64,000 nucleotides of DNA, taken from assembly GCF_009914755.1 (NCBI RefSeq), contig NC_060928.1; one strand, 5' to 3'. Each line of letters opens with the position of its first letter. Position 1 is the stretch's first letter. The translations under genes and the position numbers were made by a program. The DNA is from the human T2T-CHM13v2.0 reference genome, Homo sapiens. A model generated the notes under the pieces. That model worked only from the letters and a program-made list of their open reading frames with translations, had not been told where the DNA came from and made no database searches. Shown here piece after piece: positions 31,271 through 47,088 of the stretch.

Positions 31271-31469
31271 ACCACTGTCTTCTAATCTACCAGAAGCTAG
31301 TGCTTGTGATTTGTTTGTTTATATTAAATTTGCTTCTGTCCCACGAACAATGGCATTCCCTTTCATGTAAAAGCTTCTTATGCTATGTGAAAATAAGCAC
31401 AATGCAAAGGTCTTTAGAAGTACTAAGCTAAATCACAACAAAGTCCTTGAAAAATTTCAAGAAAGGATA

Positions 31470-31710
31470 TTTATTGTGTGCTTACTGCAAACCAGAAAAC
31501 ATCCTAAGCATTTAGCTTTATTAATTCATTTAAATCTCCTAACATTCCTCTGAGATAAGCAGTGTTATCACCAGTATTTTTGCAAGTGAAGAGACAAAGA
31601 CCGAAAGGTTAAGCAACTTGCCCAAGTTCACAAAGACAGTAAGCAACAGAGGCAAGATTTACACCCATCTGGCTCCACAGCCTACACACAACCACTATGC
31701 CATGCTTCCT
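31470..31710 (-). mobile_element. MIR
   Basis: AAAGGTTAAGCAACTTGCCCAAGTTCACA is an antisense MIR core. Confidence 0.7.
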
Positions 31711-31934
31711 CTCAATGAGCTAAACATTTGGGAGAATAACTTGGGACTTATAAATCTAAGGAGTGTTAGTTTCATTCATACATCTGTGCCCACCTATAGA
31801 TGTTACAAGCACAGGAAATGTACCCTAGTCTTCTCTTTCTACAATGAGTTCAGATGGACAAAGGATTTTTCAAAGGCACAATAAACATAGAGTGACAAGG
31901 TCAGAGGTCTACCCAAGGGAATCTATTTCCTTTT

Positions 31935-32353
31935 CTATGATAGGGTAATGCTAGCTGATTCAACAAATAGACCTACAAATGTGTAACAGTTCAAACACAA
32001 TAAAAATTTATTTATTGCTCAGATAAGAATAAAAGGTGGATATTATGAGTTGACAGGTGGCATTCCTCTTCACAATGGCCCCACCATGCCCAGGTGGAAT
32101 CATCGACATACAGCCAGGAGAAGAGGAAAGAGAACAGAGCAGCAGCATCCCTGCTTCTTAAATGCTATAGGCAAGATACCACACACATCATTTCCGTGAC
32201 CACTCCATTAGTGAGAAACAGTTACATGGCCACGCCTAGAGGCAAGAAATGTTGGGAAGTTTAGCCCCTGCTTGGTAGCTACTTATCAGAGATGACTGTC
32301 TACTATAAAAAATGGGGCATGAATTTGGGGGTATGTCTGGCCACCTCTGCCAC
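31935..32353 (-). mobile_element. Old MLT1 (MaLR) solo LTR
   Basis: AAACACAATAAAAATTTATTTATTGCTC...AGTTACATGGCCACGCCTAG...CTCTGCCACA terminus. Confidence 0.6.
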
Positions 32354-35300
32354 ATTCAGCCCATGGAGACTGTGTGGACTCTCCATCACTCAGACATACA
32401 TGACAGTCTATACCTATGGGGGACACTACCAGGGAATCTGATGGGAAAATAATAGGACACTATTTCCACAGCTCATCCATGTCACTGATGGCTGCAAGAG
32501 CAGTGCTCCTTGAGAATGCCAGATACATAGACTACCTTTCCAAAATGTGACGTAAAACCAAGATTGAGGCTCTTTCTTGCAATCCCCACCCATCTCCTAA
32601 TATGAAAACAAAAACCCGTGTGAAGTCAACACCTTGGTTTACTTAACTCTTGCCGATTGAAAATATCTGGCGGCAATGTGCAAATATCCTCAGTAATTTT
32701 TAGATGAAGAAAAAGACCTGAAATGGTTAAACTCTTAAGTAAGTGATTAAAATGCACTAAACTAAATGAATAGCATGAATTTCAGCTCCTTAAAACCAGC
32801 AATTCTCTAAATTGAGCTCCAAATGACTTTTAGAATAGCAGAAAGAAAGGCTCTGATGTATTCAATGACAGTGTATTTCCACAAAAATATTTCCCAAGGA
32901 TGTAATGTTCATAGTAACTATTGCTAAATGTATGGCCGGCACAGAGAAAGGCCTAACCAAGATCATCTACTTCAATGAATAGAAAATAAAAGTCAACTTC
33001 AAACATACGTTTTGCCCCTTCTAGGGATGCTCCTTATTCTCCTATGACAACATCCCCAGGTAGACTTGAGAAAGCACAGCAAATTCTTTTCTAGCCCAGT
33101 AAATGGTTTTGCAAAGTTAGATTTAAATGTCAAGTATGTCAAGCTCCAGAGCCTTCTCCAACTTATTTATATAATTATATAATAAAATTAAAACTGTATC
33201 AAATGTTTCAAGCTTCAGGTTGGCAGTAAGTGTACTACCTATCTTCAAGGAAACTAAATTCTGAATATATATTCCAGAAGAGAAACTGTATCAGAAGTGA
33301 AAAGACTGGAAATGTCCATCACTTTTTTTCTTGTAAACTAAGTACTGGTATTACAAATCCACAGTTGTGAACTGAGAAACCAAACACCAGGTGCTCAGCA
33401 AGCAGGATCCCGAATGATTGTGAAGACTCCGCACCAGCCTTGGTTTGTCTATATTTACACAGAACAGAAGTACACCTCTAACTAACAGCCTAAGAAGGTG
33501 AGCCCGCCATTCATTAGCGAGGCAGGTATTCCTGCTTCCAGCTCCTGGATCTGCTCTGCTTCTTGCCCTTTCTCAAGCCTGAGTCTTAAGCCTCCTGCAG
33601 ATTCTATGGGCAGCACAGCACTTTCCAAAACATGCTCTTCTATTTAAGGTGGTGAGAGCTAGTTTCTGCTGCTTAGAGATGAACTCCAACAGAAATAACC
33701 CCTTTTTCACCTGAGAACACTGAGGCTCAAAACAGTTCTATGAATTGGCAAAGGTTACACAATTGATTGGTAGTAAAGAATAGAGTTCCGTCCAGTGTTA
33801 TTTTTACTTTTCTGAGTGGAGTCACTTGTAGGAACACTCAGTGAACCTGGACACCTCACCGTGGAAACCTATTTTGCCTCCACCTCCTAGGGCTCCCTTG
33901 ATTAGACATAAGCTCTGAAAGCACCATTCCATGCCACCCACAAAGTCAGAGGTTTGTCAATCATTTTGATTTGGGCTGAATATGCCCAAAATCTAGATTA
34001 ATCAGGAGGATATAGCTGAAGATTAATTGGAACAACTGTTTCTTTACAAGTGTTCCTCCATGACTGAGGGTTGAAATAAAGAATTACATTTCTGGATTTG
34101 TGTACCAGAAATGTCACAAATAAAAGACACCAGCGGTTTTCCTGAGCTAGAACTTTGCCAACCCCACTTTTTCCCCTACACACAAACACAACAAGGGGGC
34201 TCAGCGCTATGGAGCAGAGGCTTGCAGCAGGGGAGCCACCAGAAATGCAGTTAAGAGAGTGCCACTCCACAAAGAGACATTGTCACTAGAGAAGGAAAAG
34301 ACTGGCCCCTTTCAAAGGTCTAAGTCCTCCTCTCCAAATAGAAAGGAATGCTGTTTTATCAGTACACCTCATCAAGAAAGAATTAAGAGGTAGCCCGGAA
34401 AACATTGTAACAAAGCAGAAAAACACAAGTATACCCCCTTTTATATCAGAAAGGCTTATTTTTTCTTCAAGCAAGCAAAGACTTTGCTTAAAATAAGAAG
34501 TACTCTATCTAGTACGGGAAGATCTACCTTGAATTTCTGAGAGGTTTCCAAGAATATTATCTTCCCTAAAGTGAAGCTTCTAATAAAGCTTGATTTGACC
34601 CACTGGAAAATTAATTCTCTGCAAAATAATTCACATAGATTGTGAGCCAGTTCTCTGAAAATGCTGCTGCTTGCAGCCTGCATAATTCATTGGTTAGACT
34701 ATGAAGAAACACATCATCCAGGAACCCCAAGAGAAAACTAGGCATCCTCAAAGGGCTTGTTCTTGCCTAAATTTATGCTCCTGGACTTGGGGACATCCCG
34801 GGAAAGTGGTATCCAGATATGCGAAATTCTTGTTGGTCCTGAAAACAATCCTCTGTCCGTAGAATACTGGAATTTTTCACCTCCCTTAAAACTCAGCTTA
34901 ATCAACTTTATCACAGGTGTATGCATGTGTCCAAACTCATCATGTTAAACATGTTAAACATATGCAGTTTTCTGTATATCAATTATACCTCAATAAAACT
35001 GTTAAAAAAATCAATTCCTGTTGAAAATCGTTCCTATTTAAAGTCAACTCCACCATCCCAGCTTATTTTACATCATCCTCCACATTAACTGGCTCTGTGA
35101 TGTTGAACACATCACTTTACCTCTCTGGGTCTTAATGCCCTCATTTGCAAAATCCTGAGAGGGTTGTTTTGGTGACCTTGAAATTGTTTCCCAAGTCTAC
35201 TATTCAATCAATCTAAGTAAATGGCCTGGGGAATCAAGTGGTATGAAATATGATGCTCTTTCAATGGGAGAAGTTGTAATTGAAGGAATCCAAAAGGAAA

Positions 35301-36755
35301 AGAAGATTCCAGGAAGTGTAGTGATTAAAATGGTGGATTTAAAGAATAATAACACCTTCAAAAATACTATCTATACAGCATATATAATCACTTTAAAAGT
35401 CATTACATTGAATACTGATACCAAGTCCCTGTCTTAGGTGTCTTAGGACCTCATCAAAGCTCAAAATTGACACAACCTGGAGGCACCCCATAAGACTGTC
35501 TGTCATGGTGTGCCAGCTAGAGGGTGGTAGCCATGATTGGACTCTCCATTTTAAACATCTCCATTCTTTATTTTCCATTCAAACATCTCATCAACAATTC
35601 TTTGCATCTCTGCATCTCTACACTTGAAAGTAGCACAGATGTAATAGTCACCATATAGATGAATTTTTTCCAGTTCTAAACTGGTGTCTAGTCCTGGCTT
35701 CCTTGTTTCCCTTAGCCCCTCTGAGCCTCAGGTCTTGCACCTGTAATATGTAGATGGCAATATATCTATTCTTCTTAGGAGGTAGTGTGAAAGGCAAATC
35801 AGAGCATGCATTGAACAGTACTTGGTAAGCTTCATAAAACAGTATATAATTTAAGATATGACCAGTACTGTTATCAATAATAATATAATAACTTTTCTCC
35901 TTCTGGAATACTCAAAGGTGGCTTACCTTGGATAAATACAACATAAATTCCTCAAGAATGTATTAGAAAAATAGGCAACAGAGTTACATAAGCACTTCAT
36001 AAAAGAGGATATCCAAATATCCAATACCTGGATGAACTCAGAGGTGCTCAACTTCCCTAGATATCAGAAAAATTCCAATTAAAACTACAAGGATATAGGC
36101 AACAACACTGAAAATGAACAAATGAGACAGTATCAAACTAAAAAACTGCACAGCAAAGAAAACAAAGTAAAAATGCAACTCAAAGAATGAGAGAAAACAT
36201 GTTAAAACTATACTTCTGATAAGCAGTTATATATCCATAATATATAAGGGACTCAAACAACTGAATTAAAAAATGGGCCAAGGACCTGAACAGACATTCC
36301 TCAAAAGAAGACATACAAATGACCAGTGGGTACATGAAAAAATACTCAGCATCACTAATCATTACATAAACACAAATTAAAATTTTCCACTATAAGATAT
36401 TGCCTCACACTTGTTAAAATGGCTTTTATCAAAAAAGATGACAGATAACAAGTGTTAGGATATGGAGAAAAGGAAACTCTTGTACATTGTTGGTGAGATT
36501 ATAAATTAGCAAGTCTTTATGGAAAATGGTATAGAGATTATTTTAAAAACTAAAAATAGAACTACCATATGATCCAGTAATTCCGCTTCTGGGTAGATAC
36601 CCATAGGAACTGAAATCTATATGTTGAAGAGATATCTGTATTTCCATGTTCATTGCAGCATTATTCACAAAAGCCAAAATATGGAAACAACCTAAGTGCT
36701 CTTCAACAGATGAATAAGAAAGTATGGTGTACAAAATGGAATACTATTCAGTCTT

Positions 36756-37353
<598 letters not shown>

Positions 37354-38521
37354 TATTCAGTCTTAAAAAGAGGGAAATCCTGTCATTTACAAGGACATGG
37401 ATGAATCTGGAGGATATTATGCTAAGTAAAATGCACCAGGCACAGAAAGACAAATACCACATGAACTCACTCACATGTGGAACCTAACACAGTTAAACTC
37501 ATGAAAGTAGAGAGTAGAAGACTAGTTACAGGAGGCTGGGAGGGTAAAGAGGGAGGGAATGGAGGAGTTGTTGATCAAAGGGTACAAAGTTTCAGACTGA
37601 CAAGCACAGGTTTTGAGATCTATTGTATAGCAGGGTAACTATAGTTAATAGTAATGTATTATGTATTTCAAAATAACTGAGTAAATTTCAAATGTCACAC
37701 CATAAAAGAGATAGGTAAGAGAGGCAATGGATATTAATGAGCTTGATCTAATAACCATGCCACATTGTATGCATACATCAAAACATTGCAACGTACCCCA
37801 TAAATGTGTACAATTATGATTTATCAATCAAAAATAATATTAATACATTTTTAAAAGAAAGCCACAAGGGGCTACTACTACCAGAATGACTAAAATTTAA
37901 AAGATAGAAAATGCTATGTGTTGGTGAAGATTTGGAGCAACTGGAACTGGTGGAAGTATAAATCAACACAATCTCTTTGGAAAATTGGCAGTATCTTCTA
38001 AGGTTGAATATACTCAGACCCTATGACCTTGCAATTCTACTCCCAAGTATATACTCAACAGACGTAGTTCAATATAAAATGTATGCTAGAATATTTATAA
38101 CAATTATTACCCATAATAGCCCAAAACTCAAAACAACCCAAATTCCCATTAATACCAGAACAGATAAATTATGGTACATTCATACAATGAGATGTTATAC
38201 AGCAATGAGAATGATTAACCCACAACTACATGGAACAATGTGGGCAAATCTCATGAATGTAATTTGAGAGAAAGAAGCCAGACACAAAAGAATACACATT
38301 GCATTATTCTATTTCTATAAATAACAAAAACAGGCAAAACTTCATTATGTTGTTAGAAATCAGGATACCAGCTACCCCTGGGGGAGATGGGGTACCTACC
38401 CTTGCAGGAAGGAGACCTGAGGGAGGTTCCAGGGATGCTGGTGATGATCTGTGTTCCTCTTCCACCAGTGAGTTCAGTTCATGAAAATTCATCAACCCAT
38501 AAACTTAGGATATATGCATGC

Positions 38522-38557
<36 letters not shown>

Positions 38558-38849
38558 ATGTATATTTTTATATAAAATACTTCAATAACAAGGTTTTTTT
38601 AAAATCACCTCCTCATGAAGTTTATATTCTAGCACAGCCAATGATATTGTACTTAATGGAAGCAGAGGGCTACCAATGAATTGGGTAAATGCATCATTTC
38701 TTAGTATGAATTTTCCAGGTCCCTAGGACATGCACATTAAGCATCCTACCACTGTTAAACAGTATTCTGGCTACACTGCTGTCCTTTCACACTCAGGCTT
38801 ACATTACCACTGCCCTACAATTTAACAATCCCTGCACTTATATTTAAAG

Positions 38850-39350
38850 CAAGCATTCTTAATCTGAGGTTCTCAGACCTCTAAGGAGCCCTGGATAGAA
38901 TTCAGTGCTCCATGAACCTAGATGGGGGAAGTTATGTCTTTATCTACATCACAAACTCTAACTGCAATTTACAATTTTCTTCAGCTATGAATGTAGGCAA
39001 CAAAACATAATAACACTAGAAGTACCTAAAACTTTATCCCCAATAGAAACACTGGAGATATTTTCATAGACATTTCTGCTGTTGGAGGTATCTTGAAATA
39101 TCACTTATACTTATTTAGAACATTTGGTCATTGTTAGATTTTGTAGTTTCATGTGTTAATAAACAAACATCTATATTACTTAATCGTAATTTCATATTTT
39201 TAGTATTTTGATAACTATATTTCAATATAATTGGTTTCCTTTGTAATTCTCTGTGTTCTATTTTTGGATTTATTAAGATTCTTTTGAAAATTGACCTGAC
39301 AGTTTTCCAGACTGCCCAAAGGGGGTTCAAGGGGGTTGATGGAACAACAA
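38850..39350 (+). mobile_element. hAT-Charlie DNA transposon derivative (Charlie4a-like)
   Basis: TTCTTAATCTGAGG...TGGATAGAATTCAG...TATGAATGTAGGCAACAAA...TTTTGATAACTATATTTCAATATAATTGGTTTCCTTTGTAAT...CCAGACTGCC. Confidence 0.7.
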
Positions 39351-39374
39351 AATAGATGTTTATATGCTATTTTC

Positions 39375-39815
39375 TATTTGCCCTCACCACTGCTGACCCT
39401 GCATCCCTGCCCCTCGGGCCATGCACACACTATGCTTCCCTGCCTTGCTCTGTGCCCCAGGAGTGTGACCCTGATGGAATCATCACCTGAGCTTCCATGA
39501 CCCTTGTTCCAGCTTCTGGTTGGGAGTGGCCCTGGGGAGAATGGCAGTGGGATGAATTTCCCCACTTATCCCTACCTCACTGGGCTTCCAGTAGACAGCT
39601 GCATTTCTACAGCTCTCTTTCTCAGTGACGTCTCTCTCGAGGCATCCATAGCTCTGTTCCTGTGCCTTGCCATTCTTGCTGTCACTAGTCCCTGGGTATT
39701 TTACCTCCTGTTGGTTCTTAAACTCACCCACACTGCTGGAAATTGTCCCTTCATTAAATTCTTCCCAGTTAAGTCTTCGAAGAACAACATCTGGTCTTGA
39801 CAACCTGATTCCAAT
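39375..39815 (+). mobile_element. ERVL solo LTR (LTR33-like)
   Basis: GCTCTGTGCCCCAGGAG...CAGCTTCTGGTTGGG...CCCTTCATTAAATTC; homologous to 26830-27270. Confidence 0.62.
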
Positions 39816-39897
39816 TACAAACACTGGGATCACCTGATTTGTGAACTAAACCAGCAAGGATATGGTCACATTCTCTTTTGGGGCAGGGTGCAAGAGT

Positions 39898-39903
39898 GAG
39901 TGT

Positions 39904-39954
<51 letters not shown>

Positions 39955-39990
39955 CCGCGCATGCACGCATGCGCGCATGTGTGTGTACAC
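39898..39990. repeat. (TG)n/(CG)n alternating purine-pyrimidine tract
   Basis: Directly visible (TG)n followed by CGCGCGCG...CATGCACGCATGCGCGCATGTGTGTG. Confidence 0.95.
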
Positions 39991-40101
39991 TCACGTGTAT
40001 TTGTGTTGGGATTGGGCAGAAGATATCAGAGTCAGTGCCCAGGGACCTGTGAACAATAACTTTCTCCAGCCTTCAACTACCTGAAAAACTCTAAGATTTT
40101 G

Positions 40102-40475
<374 letters not shown>

Positions 40476-41883
40476 CTAGGCGAAGTATGGAGTAAGGAGG
40501 AGACAAGATTCTTAAGAGAGGGAGCAGCATTTTCCCAGGCTCAAACATAGGAGAGCTGCTGCCCAAGGTCTTCCTGCACCTGTCACATGTTAACATCACC
40601 TGGAACAAGCCCAGGCAGCAGAAGGAAGCATAAAGGAGGCTGTTCTTTGAGAATGTAAAAGATGAGAGACGGTCTGCTTGAAGGAGATCCACCGCTGGAG
40701 AGAAGCACAGTCTAACAGTCCCTGCACATGCCAGATACGCTCCTAGGTATCTCTGATTTCCTAAGGCTTAACTGACAGGAAAAAAGAAACTAGATAAAGT
40801 CCTGCTTGCAAAGAATATCATTTCTCCTAAGATATTTCTAGGCATTTGCCCTCCCCTCTAATTCCCCAGGACAACGCTGGCTGACAGCCCTCTGATATGG
40901 AAGAATGAACGGTGGAAACTGGGCAGGCAGGGAAGGAAGAAAGGAAGGAAGCCTGCCAGAAGCACACTTCCATATATCAGTGTGAGCTCAAGATAAATAA
41001 TCCCAGCCAGCCCATGCAGCTATCAAACCAAAGGGCATGTTGCAGGTAGCAAGATAAATCGCTATTGTCAGGGATGTCTTTGTTTGTTCCCGACAACCTC
41101 TTACTATATCTCCCTCTCCTGACAAACCAACCCCAGGAATAGGTTTCTAACATGCATCGGCCTCTGGAAATGATAGTGCTTTTAGGGAGAGAAAAAATGA
41201 GCTTGAGCTCCTGGGTCCAGTAGCCAATATACAATTGGCTGGGGGGACTACTCACTAAACACTGGTTAGAAGCAAAATCTATTGTAAACAATAGCTACAA
41301 GCTGTTTTCACCAAAGGTCATTCTATCAATCCAGCCTAGCAAATCTGAATTACCGATGCTCCATCAACTGGCTCATATCATGAATCTTATCCACATTGGC
41401 CTTTCATGGAATTCCTCCTGACTCCACCATAGCGATCATATTCACTGACGCCAGAAAAGCTCCACATAGAAAAGATTATACGAAAAATAAGTGGTCAGTT
41501 TTTAAATCTAAACATAAATTGTTTTAAAATATTTCCAGAAATTTCAGAAATAGACAAACTATTTGGGGTAATAATTACAACTATATTTATTAAAACTTTC
41601 CAGGTATGTACATCAAGATTTCATCTAGGTAATTTGGGGAAGGGAGTCTCAAATTATCTCTGCACCAGACTCTCTCTTGTATACCACCATTTCAAGGTTT
41701 ACTTGGGGTTTCTGATTGTGTCTGAAGCAATAGAAAGCAAAAGTAACTCCAGACTTCATAATGGGCAGCTTTGGGAACACAGGACCAGGCTTTAGCAGTG
41801 ATCACCCTCCAGGCATGAACAAAAAGCTGGCTGAATTCCTATAACACTAAGCAAAATTTACCCTGTTTATATACCCAGTTTCC

Positions 41884-41915
<32 letters not shown>

Positions 41916-42159
41916 ACTTATTTTTCCTTTTCACACACAATAGTAAAGGTCAGAAAAAGTTTAAAAGAAACTTTTTCTCTTTATTTAAATGCAACAGGGA
42001 CTTAAGTTACTGTATTATCACAAAGCAAGATACCTATCTGCTTTTGGTAGAAGCTTCCTTGCCTTTGTATAAAGACAGCCCCTAGGATTCCAGGTGTACC
42101 TGTGACTTTCCTATCTTGAAAGCCCAAGTCCCTCAACCTCTCTTTTGCTCATCAATAAG

Positions 42160-42380
42160 AGTTAGTATGGTGAAGGGATTAAGAAAATGCAACTGGTCTG
42201 TCTGGCTTTCCATCCTGGCCCTATCTACAACTTACCATGGGACCTTGGGCAAGTTATTTAATTTCTTTGTGCCTCAGTTTCCCATCTGTAAAATGGAAAT
42301 AATAAATAGTTTTGTTATGAGAATGAACATATAAAGCACATGGAATAGTGTCCACTACATAGTAAGTGCTAGTATTTGTT
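42160..42380 (+). mobile_element. MIR
   Basis: GACCTTGGGCAAGTTATTTAATTTCTTTGTGCCTCAGTTTCCCATCTGTAAAATGG. Confidence 0.85.
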
Positions 42381-44609
42381 AAATAAACAAACACATAACA
42401 AACAGATCAAGCCACCTCTTACTCATGTCCAGCTCTATTCTCATGTTGCCAGTAGCTCTTATTCTGGAGTGTCTCCCTATGCTTGGTTGTGCCCATCGTG
42501 GCCACCTTCTGTACTCCCTTGTGATGAGGATTCTAGAGAATACTGTACTGTTGGATTCAGATCCTCACACACCTGTTTACTTCATAACTAATGCATACTC
42601 ATCCATCAAGTCCCCTCTTACATGTCTCTTCCTCCTGGAGTCTTCTTTGAGCAATCAAGTCTCCCTCTTACATGCTCCCACAGCACAGTGTTTTTCCTCT
42701 CCTCGTTCATTAATTTGTCCATTCAACAGAAAATCGTAGAAAGCACTGTGCTAGGTTTTTAGAGTTTATATTTTAGAGAGAAACACATAGGAGGCCTTGA
42801 TAACTTTTTGATGAATGGATGTATATGAATGACTCACCCATATATCTGATCCTTAGCATTTCCTCCCCACTGGAACAGATAAGAAACTGTGCATATTACT
42901 AAATAATTCTCACTTTAGCCTACAGCAAGAGGATGTGAGGGGGTTACCCCCATCCCACTCTGGCCCCAATTGACATGGAGTTCCTTCTGAGCTGCTGCAC
43001 TTTCTTTGCAGCAGCCAAGCATGCAGCACACAGCACCAGCACAGTGCCTACAAGCCTCAACTGCTGCTAGACCTGTTCAGTGGTCTGCAGTGTCCATTCA
43101 AGTGGACTGTCAGACAAAGACAATGGGGATGACAGTGAAGGGAGCCATACCCCAGAGAAGGGAAAGGCAAAGACAAAACTAAAATGAGGCCAAAGATCAA
43201 GCAAAAGTTAGTTTTAAAAATAAAGTGAGTTTTTCATTTCATAAAGAAAAATTACGCCATTGACTCTTTTGCTCCAATCAACTGCATAATTTGGCAAATT
43301 TTCATTCACTAATTGAGACACATACATAGACACCATGGTGCTCTAGGTCTTTCTTATAGATTGTATAGCCACCAGTTCTCAATTTATCTTCCTTTGAATA
43401 TGATCATTTTTCAAGTGACTCAGCATAAGCCTTAAAGAGTATTCAATAAAGCCATCATTCAGTTCCTTAATGAGATACAGAACACAGGACATTGAATTCA
43501 TAGATTTGGAAAATTGCAAGACAGAAAATTTTAAATGTGAAAGAAAAACTCCTTTTTAAGCATTAAAAAATCTTTGTAAAGCAAGGAAGCTGAAAGCAGA
43601 GCCTGAAGGCCTCAGGCAAAGGCATTTGGCTTACCATTGTGTTCAGCCAGAATTCAGGGACAGCAGGGTAATCAGCAGAGATAAACAAAAGCAGGTCAGG
43701 GGAGAGTGACAGGGTGGGAATTGGGAGAAAGCATTGGGTTTTTAAGTCAGAAAGCTTGGATTTCATTAATAGTCTTGATTTTCCTTTTATTAGCTAAGTG
43801 ATTTTGAGAATCATTTATCCTCTCCAGCCTGTTTCCACAAGTATCACATGGAAATAATATTAGTTTCTGCCCAAGCTATCTCTTAAATTTGGCACTAGGA
43901 TCAAATTAGTCATGGGGTATGTAAACTCTCAGCAGAGGGCCTGATATACAGTGAAACTCAATAAAATGTTTTGGGTATATTTTTAAGCTAGAACAAAATA
44001 AATCACTGACCCAAGTGATCAGCTTGTGTGTTTCTAATTTGGACTATGATGAAATATACCAGTTCTAAGACTTTACCATCACTTTTTAAATCAGTAACAA
44101 TGATGGCAGCTAACACTTATTAAGCATTTATAAAGGAGATCCCAGAAACTATGCTAAGTGCTTTACATATATGCATATATTCCTTACATTATTCCTGAGG
44201 CAGGTCTATTATTATAGATGAGGAAATGAGAGTGCAAGGGAGTTCGGCCACATTCCCAAAGTCTTATAGCTAATAAGCAATGGAAACATTTCTTGTAATT
44301 ATTATTTAAAAAGCAAAGTGGAAAATTTGATCAGGAGGGGAAAGATATGAAAAAATATTCAAATTAATTTGAGGGCATATATCCTTTATACTCTCATCAC
44401 ATCTCCAAAAGAGATGAAGCATGCCCCTCCCAGGGCTGTTAATTTTCCTACCATCCCTGCTACTTTAAGGCTTCTCCCACTGTTGCAGGGCCCTGAATTC
44501 CAGGCACCAGCCTTGACGATGCTTGCAGAGCCTGCCGGTGTCCTGAAAAAGGTACTCGGTTCAGTCTTACCCTTTACATCATAAAGAGATTTCTCAAATA
44601 CAGTATACG

Positions 44610-45292
44610 TTATTGATAGATAATATTTATACATATTTATGGGGTACATGTGATATTTTGATACATGCACAGAATGTGTAATGATCAAGTTGGAGTATTT
44701 AGGATATCCATCACCTTGAACATTTATCATTTCTTTGTGTTGGGATCATTTTCAATCTTCTAGCTACCTTGAAATATACAATATATACAATATATTAAGT
44801 ACTATGCTATTGAACACTAGAACTTATTCCTTCTATCTAACTGTATGTTTATACTCATTAACCAACCTCACTTCAACACCCCCACATACATAAATGCCCT
44901 TTCCAGCCTCTGGTAACTATCATTATATTCTCTACCTCCATGAGATCAATGTTTTTAGCTCCCACGTAGGAAAGCATGTGATATTTGTCTTTCTGTGCCT
45001 GACTTATTTCACTTAATATAATGACCTCTAGTTCCATCCATGTTGCTGCAAAGACAGGATTTCATTCTTTTCTATGGCTGAATTGTATGTAAGTACCACA
45101 TTTTCTTTATCCATTCATCTGTTCATGGACACTTAGGTTGACTCCCCATATTTGTGAATAGTGCTGAAATAAACATGGGGGTGCAGGTATCCCTTTGATA
45201 TGCTGATTTCCTTTCCTCTGGATAAATACCCAGTAGTGGGATTGCTGGAGCATATGGTGATCCTATTTTTAGTTTTTTGAGAAATCTCCATA
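44610..45292 (-). mobile_element. L1MA-type 3' end
   Basis: Minus-strand VWRFLKKLKIGSPYAPAIPLLGIYP and L1MA 3' UTR (ATGGGGTACATGTGATATTTTGATACATG on +). Confidence 0.88.
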
Positions 45293-46754
45293 CTCTAAAA
45301 ACAATATTTTTATCAAGAAGACGATACACCTGTGATTCTGGCTGACAGATTTTTTTATTTTTTCATTTTCAGAGAGTGAATGAGTGCTCTGATACTATGC
45401 ATATGTCATACATTCTAGAACTAACCTGCATGCCTCCCAATGCTGGTTCCTCTGCTTCTGAGCTATGTGACATGTTGATGGGCAGGCCACTTCCTCTCTT
45501 GAGGCTTCACTATCCTCACTGCATTATGGGTGCAATACAATACCCACCTCATTAGGTTGTTGCAAGACTTTAAATAAATAAATAGGGTGTAGAAGAACAG
45601 AGTGACCATGGTAAACTGATCAGTAAATATTAGCTATTGTTATTATTCATAGAAACCCAAGGGACTTAATATAAAGGTGCTGGAGAAAGAGTACTGAATG
45701 TAGAGACAAAGACCTGGGACCCAGGCCTAACTCTGCCACTTACAAGCTTTATGACTTTAGAAACATTATAAATAAGAGGCCATGTTGACCCACAGACATG
45801 TTTTAATAGGCCAGCTCAGGGTTTTTCACATTTTTAGATCTAAGCACTTTCAGACCAGGCAGTTTCTTTCCGATTATCTCCCACTCCCTATTGTCTCATA
45901 ACTGATGGGGTTTGAGTTTGCAACACTGATCACCCTCCACGGGTTTCATCCCCGACCACGAAAACAGGAAGAACACCTGCTCTTCTACTTAGCAAAATTG
46001 TCATTTGGCTAAAATGAGATTATGTATGTAAAAGTACTTCATCATCATAAAGCACTACACAAATGGGGCTGCTTATTTAAAATACAGGACATTTTAAGCC
46101 TTACATATGTACATTGCAGAAAATAGTCTTGAAGGTACGTGAAAGCTGGTGGGTGCTGCAGTTGTTTTTAAACAGTTCTTAGTGCCAATTTTGTTCAAGC
46201 AATATATCCATCCCAATAAACCTTTCAGGGAGGAGCCCAGGGAACATGTCTTAATCATTCACAATTAGGGAATTAATTCATCTAGATGTCTCAGGGTGGG
46301 AAAATCCTATCTATCGCTTAGAAAAATATCCTCTGAGACCAATATCCCCAGTGAATTTCAAAGGCATTGAGACCTCTTTACTCACCCCTAGGTTCACCAG
46401 AAGCTTTCTCACTCTTTGTTTGACTTTATCCTAGTGTTTTCTTCTCTCAAGTTCATGGATAACATTTTGGGACCTGAAGAGACCATCTAAATACTAAAAA
46501 AATCATTTTGTCTCTGATTACAGATTCCATTTCTCCCTGAAATGAGCACCATGTCAAAAGATCAGTTACACTAATTATTTGTTGACCTTTAATATTTTTA
46601 TAGTATTAAAAGCCTATGGGTCTAAAATGTAATACAGATGTCTCACTGAGTTTCCTAACAACTACACAACAGTGTCACATAAACTTGGTGTTGCCATGGA
46701 AAAAACAACAAACTCTCAATCTGGGTTTCAGTCTATCATTAACAACCTCGGGCT

Positions 46755-47088
46755 GGGCAGCTATAACAAGAATACCGTAGACTGGGTGGTTTAAGAGACA
46801 AACATTTATTTCTCACAGTTCTGGAGGCTGGGAGGTCTAAAGGTAATGACAGATTCTATATTAGGTGAGGGCCCTCTCCCTGGTTTGCAGAGAGCTGCCT
46901 CTTGCCATACCCTTGTTCTGGCTGCTTCCTGTTCTCATAAGGGCACTGATCCCCATCATTGGGATTTTACCTCACAATCTCCTCTAAACCTAATTACCTC
47001 CCAAAGGCCAATTTCCAAATATCATCACAGTAGAGATTAGGGCTTTCAATATGAATTTTGGGGGAACTCACACATTTGGTCCATAGCA
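46755..47088 (-). mobile_element. MLT1A-type (MaLR) solo LTR
   Basis: GCTATAACAAGAATACCGTAGACTGGGTGGTTTA...ATTTATTTCTCACAGTTCTGGAGGCTGGGA...TATGAATTTTGGGGG...CCATAGCA. Confidence 0.85.
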
